Below are positions 63,248 through 64,000 of a stretch of 64,000 bases of DNA, piece after piece. This stretch comes from Cyanobacteriota bacterium (GTDB taxonomy: Bacteria > Cyanobacteriota > Cyanobacteriia > Thermostichales > Thermostichaceae), in contig JANRIL010000015.1 of NCBI GenBank assembly GCA_033764955.1, positions 32,001 to 96,000 of the forward strand, read 5' to 3'. The position numbers were made by a program, and so were the translations under genes. The stretch's first letter is position 1, and every line of letters starts with the position of its first letter. The notes beneath the pieces are model-generated. The model searched no databases, was not told the origin of the DNA, and saw nothing but the letters and a program-made list of their open reading frames with translations.

Positions 63248-64000
63248 TTAAGCTTCCCCTTGGCAAACGGGAAACGCAACCGTAAAGGTACTGCCTTGAT
63301 CCGGCTGGGACTCCAGGGTGATTTTGCCCCGCATTGTTTCTACCAAAATTTTGCTGATGGCTAGTCCCAGGCCAATTCCTCCCTCACTGCGGCTACGGGA
63401 ATGGGAGACTCGATAAAAGCGGTCAAAAATATAGGGCTGATGTTCCACCGGGATCCCGATGCCGCGATCCTGAATGTGTAGAAGCGCCCACTCCCCCCTC
63501 GCCTCCAGATGGAGGGTAATCGGATCCTGGGGTTCGGAGTAGCGCATGGCGTTGGTCAGGAGGTTGAGTACAACCTGTTTCAACCGATCCGAGTCCGCCT
63601 TAATCCAAATCGGGGGATCCGTGATCTGAAGGGTGAGGGGGTTGGATCCCAGTTGCTTGGCGAGAGCTGCCACCTCCACCACCCACTCATTCAACAAAAT
63701 TGGCTCCAGTTGGAGGTGAAAGGTACCGGATTCAGCACGCGCCAAATCCAGCAAGTCCTTCAGCATTCGCGCCACCCGTTTGGTCTCTTCTAAAGAAATA
63801 CTTAAACTTTCTGCCTGAATTTCCGTCAGATTGGATCCCCGCCGCAGCGTGCCCTCTAGGTAGCCTTGCACGATGGCTAGGGGGGTTCGCAGTTCGTGGG
63901 AAATGTTGCTGAGCAACTGTTGTTCTTGTTCCCAGGCCATACCGAGTCGGTTCAACATGTCGTTGTAGGCGGAAGCCAGTTGTTTCATCTCACTGGGGGC
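63248..64000 (-). CDS. Sensor histidine kinase (5'-truncated by window edge)
   Basis: SHELRTPL (H box), NLLTNAMRYS, DRGIGI, GGIGLGL. Confidence 0.95.
   Translation of the reverse strand, partial: APSEMKQLASAYNDMLNRLGMAWEQEQQLLSNISHELRTPLAIVQGYLEGTLRRGSNLTEIQAESLSISLEETKRVARMLKDLLDLARAESGTFHLQLEPILLNEWVVEVAALAKQLGSNPLTLQITDPPIWIKADSDRLKQVVLNLLTNAMRYSEPQDPITLHLEARGEWALLHIQDRGIGIPVEHQPYIFDRFYRVSHSRSRSEGGIGLGLAISKILVETMRGKITLESQPDQGSTFTVAFPVCQGEA

Larger units (their letters stand above)
1..64000. repeat. Highly iterated palindrome GGGATCCC (core GGATCC)
   Basis: Recurs very frequently in coding and intergenic DNA across the window. Confidence 0.9.

Noticed and set aside
1..64000. CRISPR array or prophage
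   Set aside because: No regularly spaced repeats with unique spacers, and no cas or phage structural genes.

Overview
Mostly core-genome cyanobacterial DNA, including petBD, ctpA, a phycobiliprotein lyase, the pipY-sepF-proC cluster, purA, hisA, carA, metK, ndk, murA and clpX. The octamer GGGATCCC is extremely frequent in place of the usual HIP1 GCGATCGC, which suggests the Thermostichus / hot-spring Synechococcus OS-A/OS-B' lineage (inference). About 60 CDS, one tRNA-Lys(UUU) and a SAM-I riboswitch ahead of metK are supported. The most interesting signals are non-coding. (1) A 1,086-bp two-gene integron gene cassette (cupin plus SnoaL-like) with a clear attC sits alone downstream of cysK; no integrase is visible and it appears to have inserted at a GATAA secondary site. 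(2) A 207-bp IS200/IS605-derived element has both hairpin ends (TTAC|...TCAC) but no transposase or TnpB, and may express a stand-alone omega-RNA. (3) The SAM-I riboswitch has an unusually long, structured expression platform. (4) A solitary SPPY-type DNA methyltransferase is a candidate partner for the GGGATCCC repeat. (5) There is an unannotated 38-aa membrane peptide and a ~185-nt structured element upstream of RNase J. All calls come from reading motifs by eye; no searches were run.
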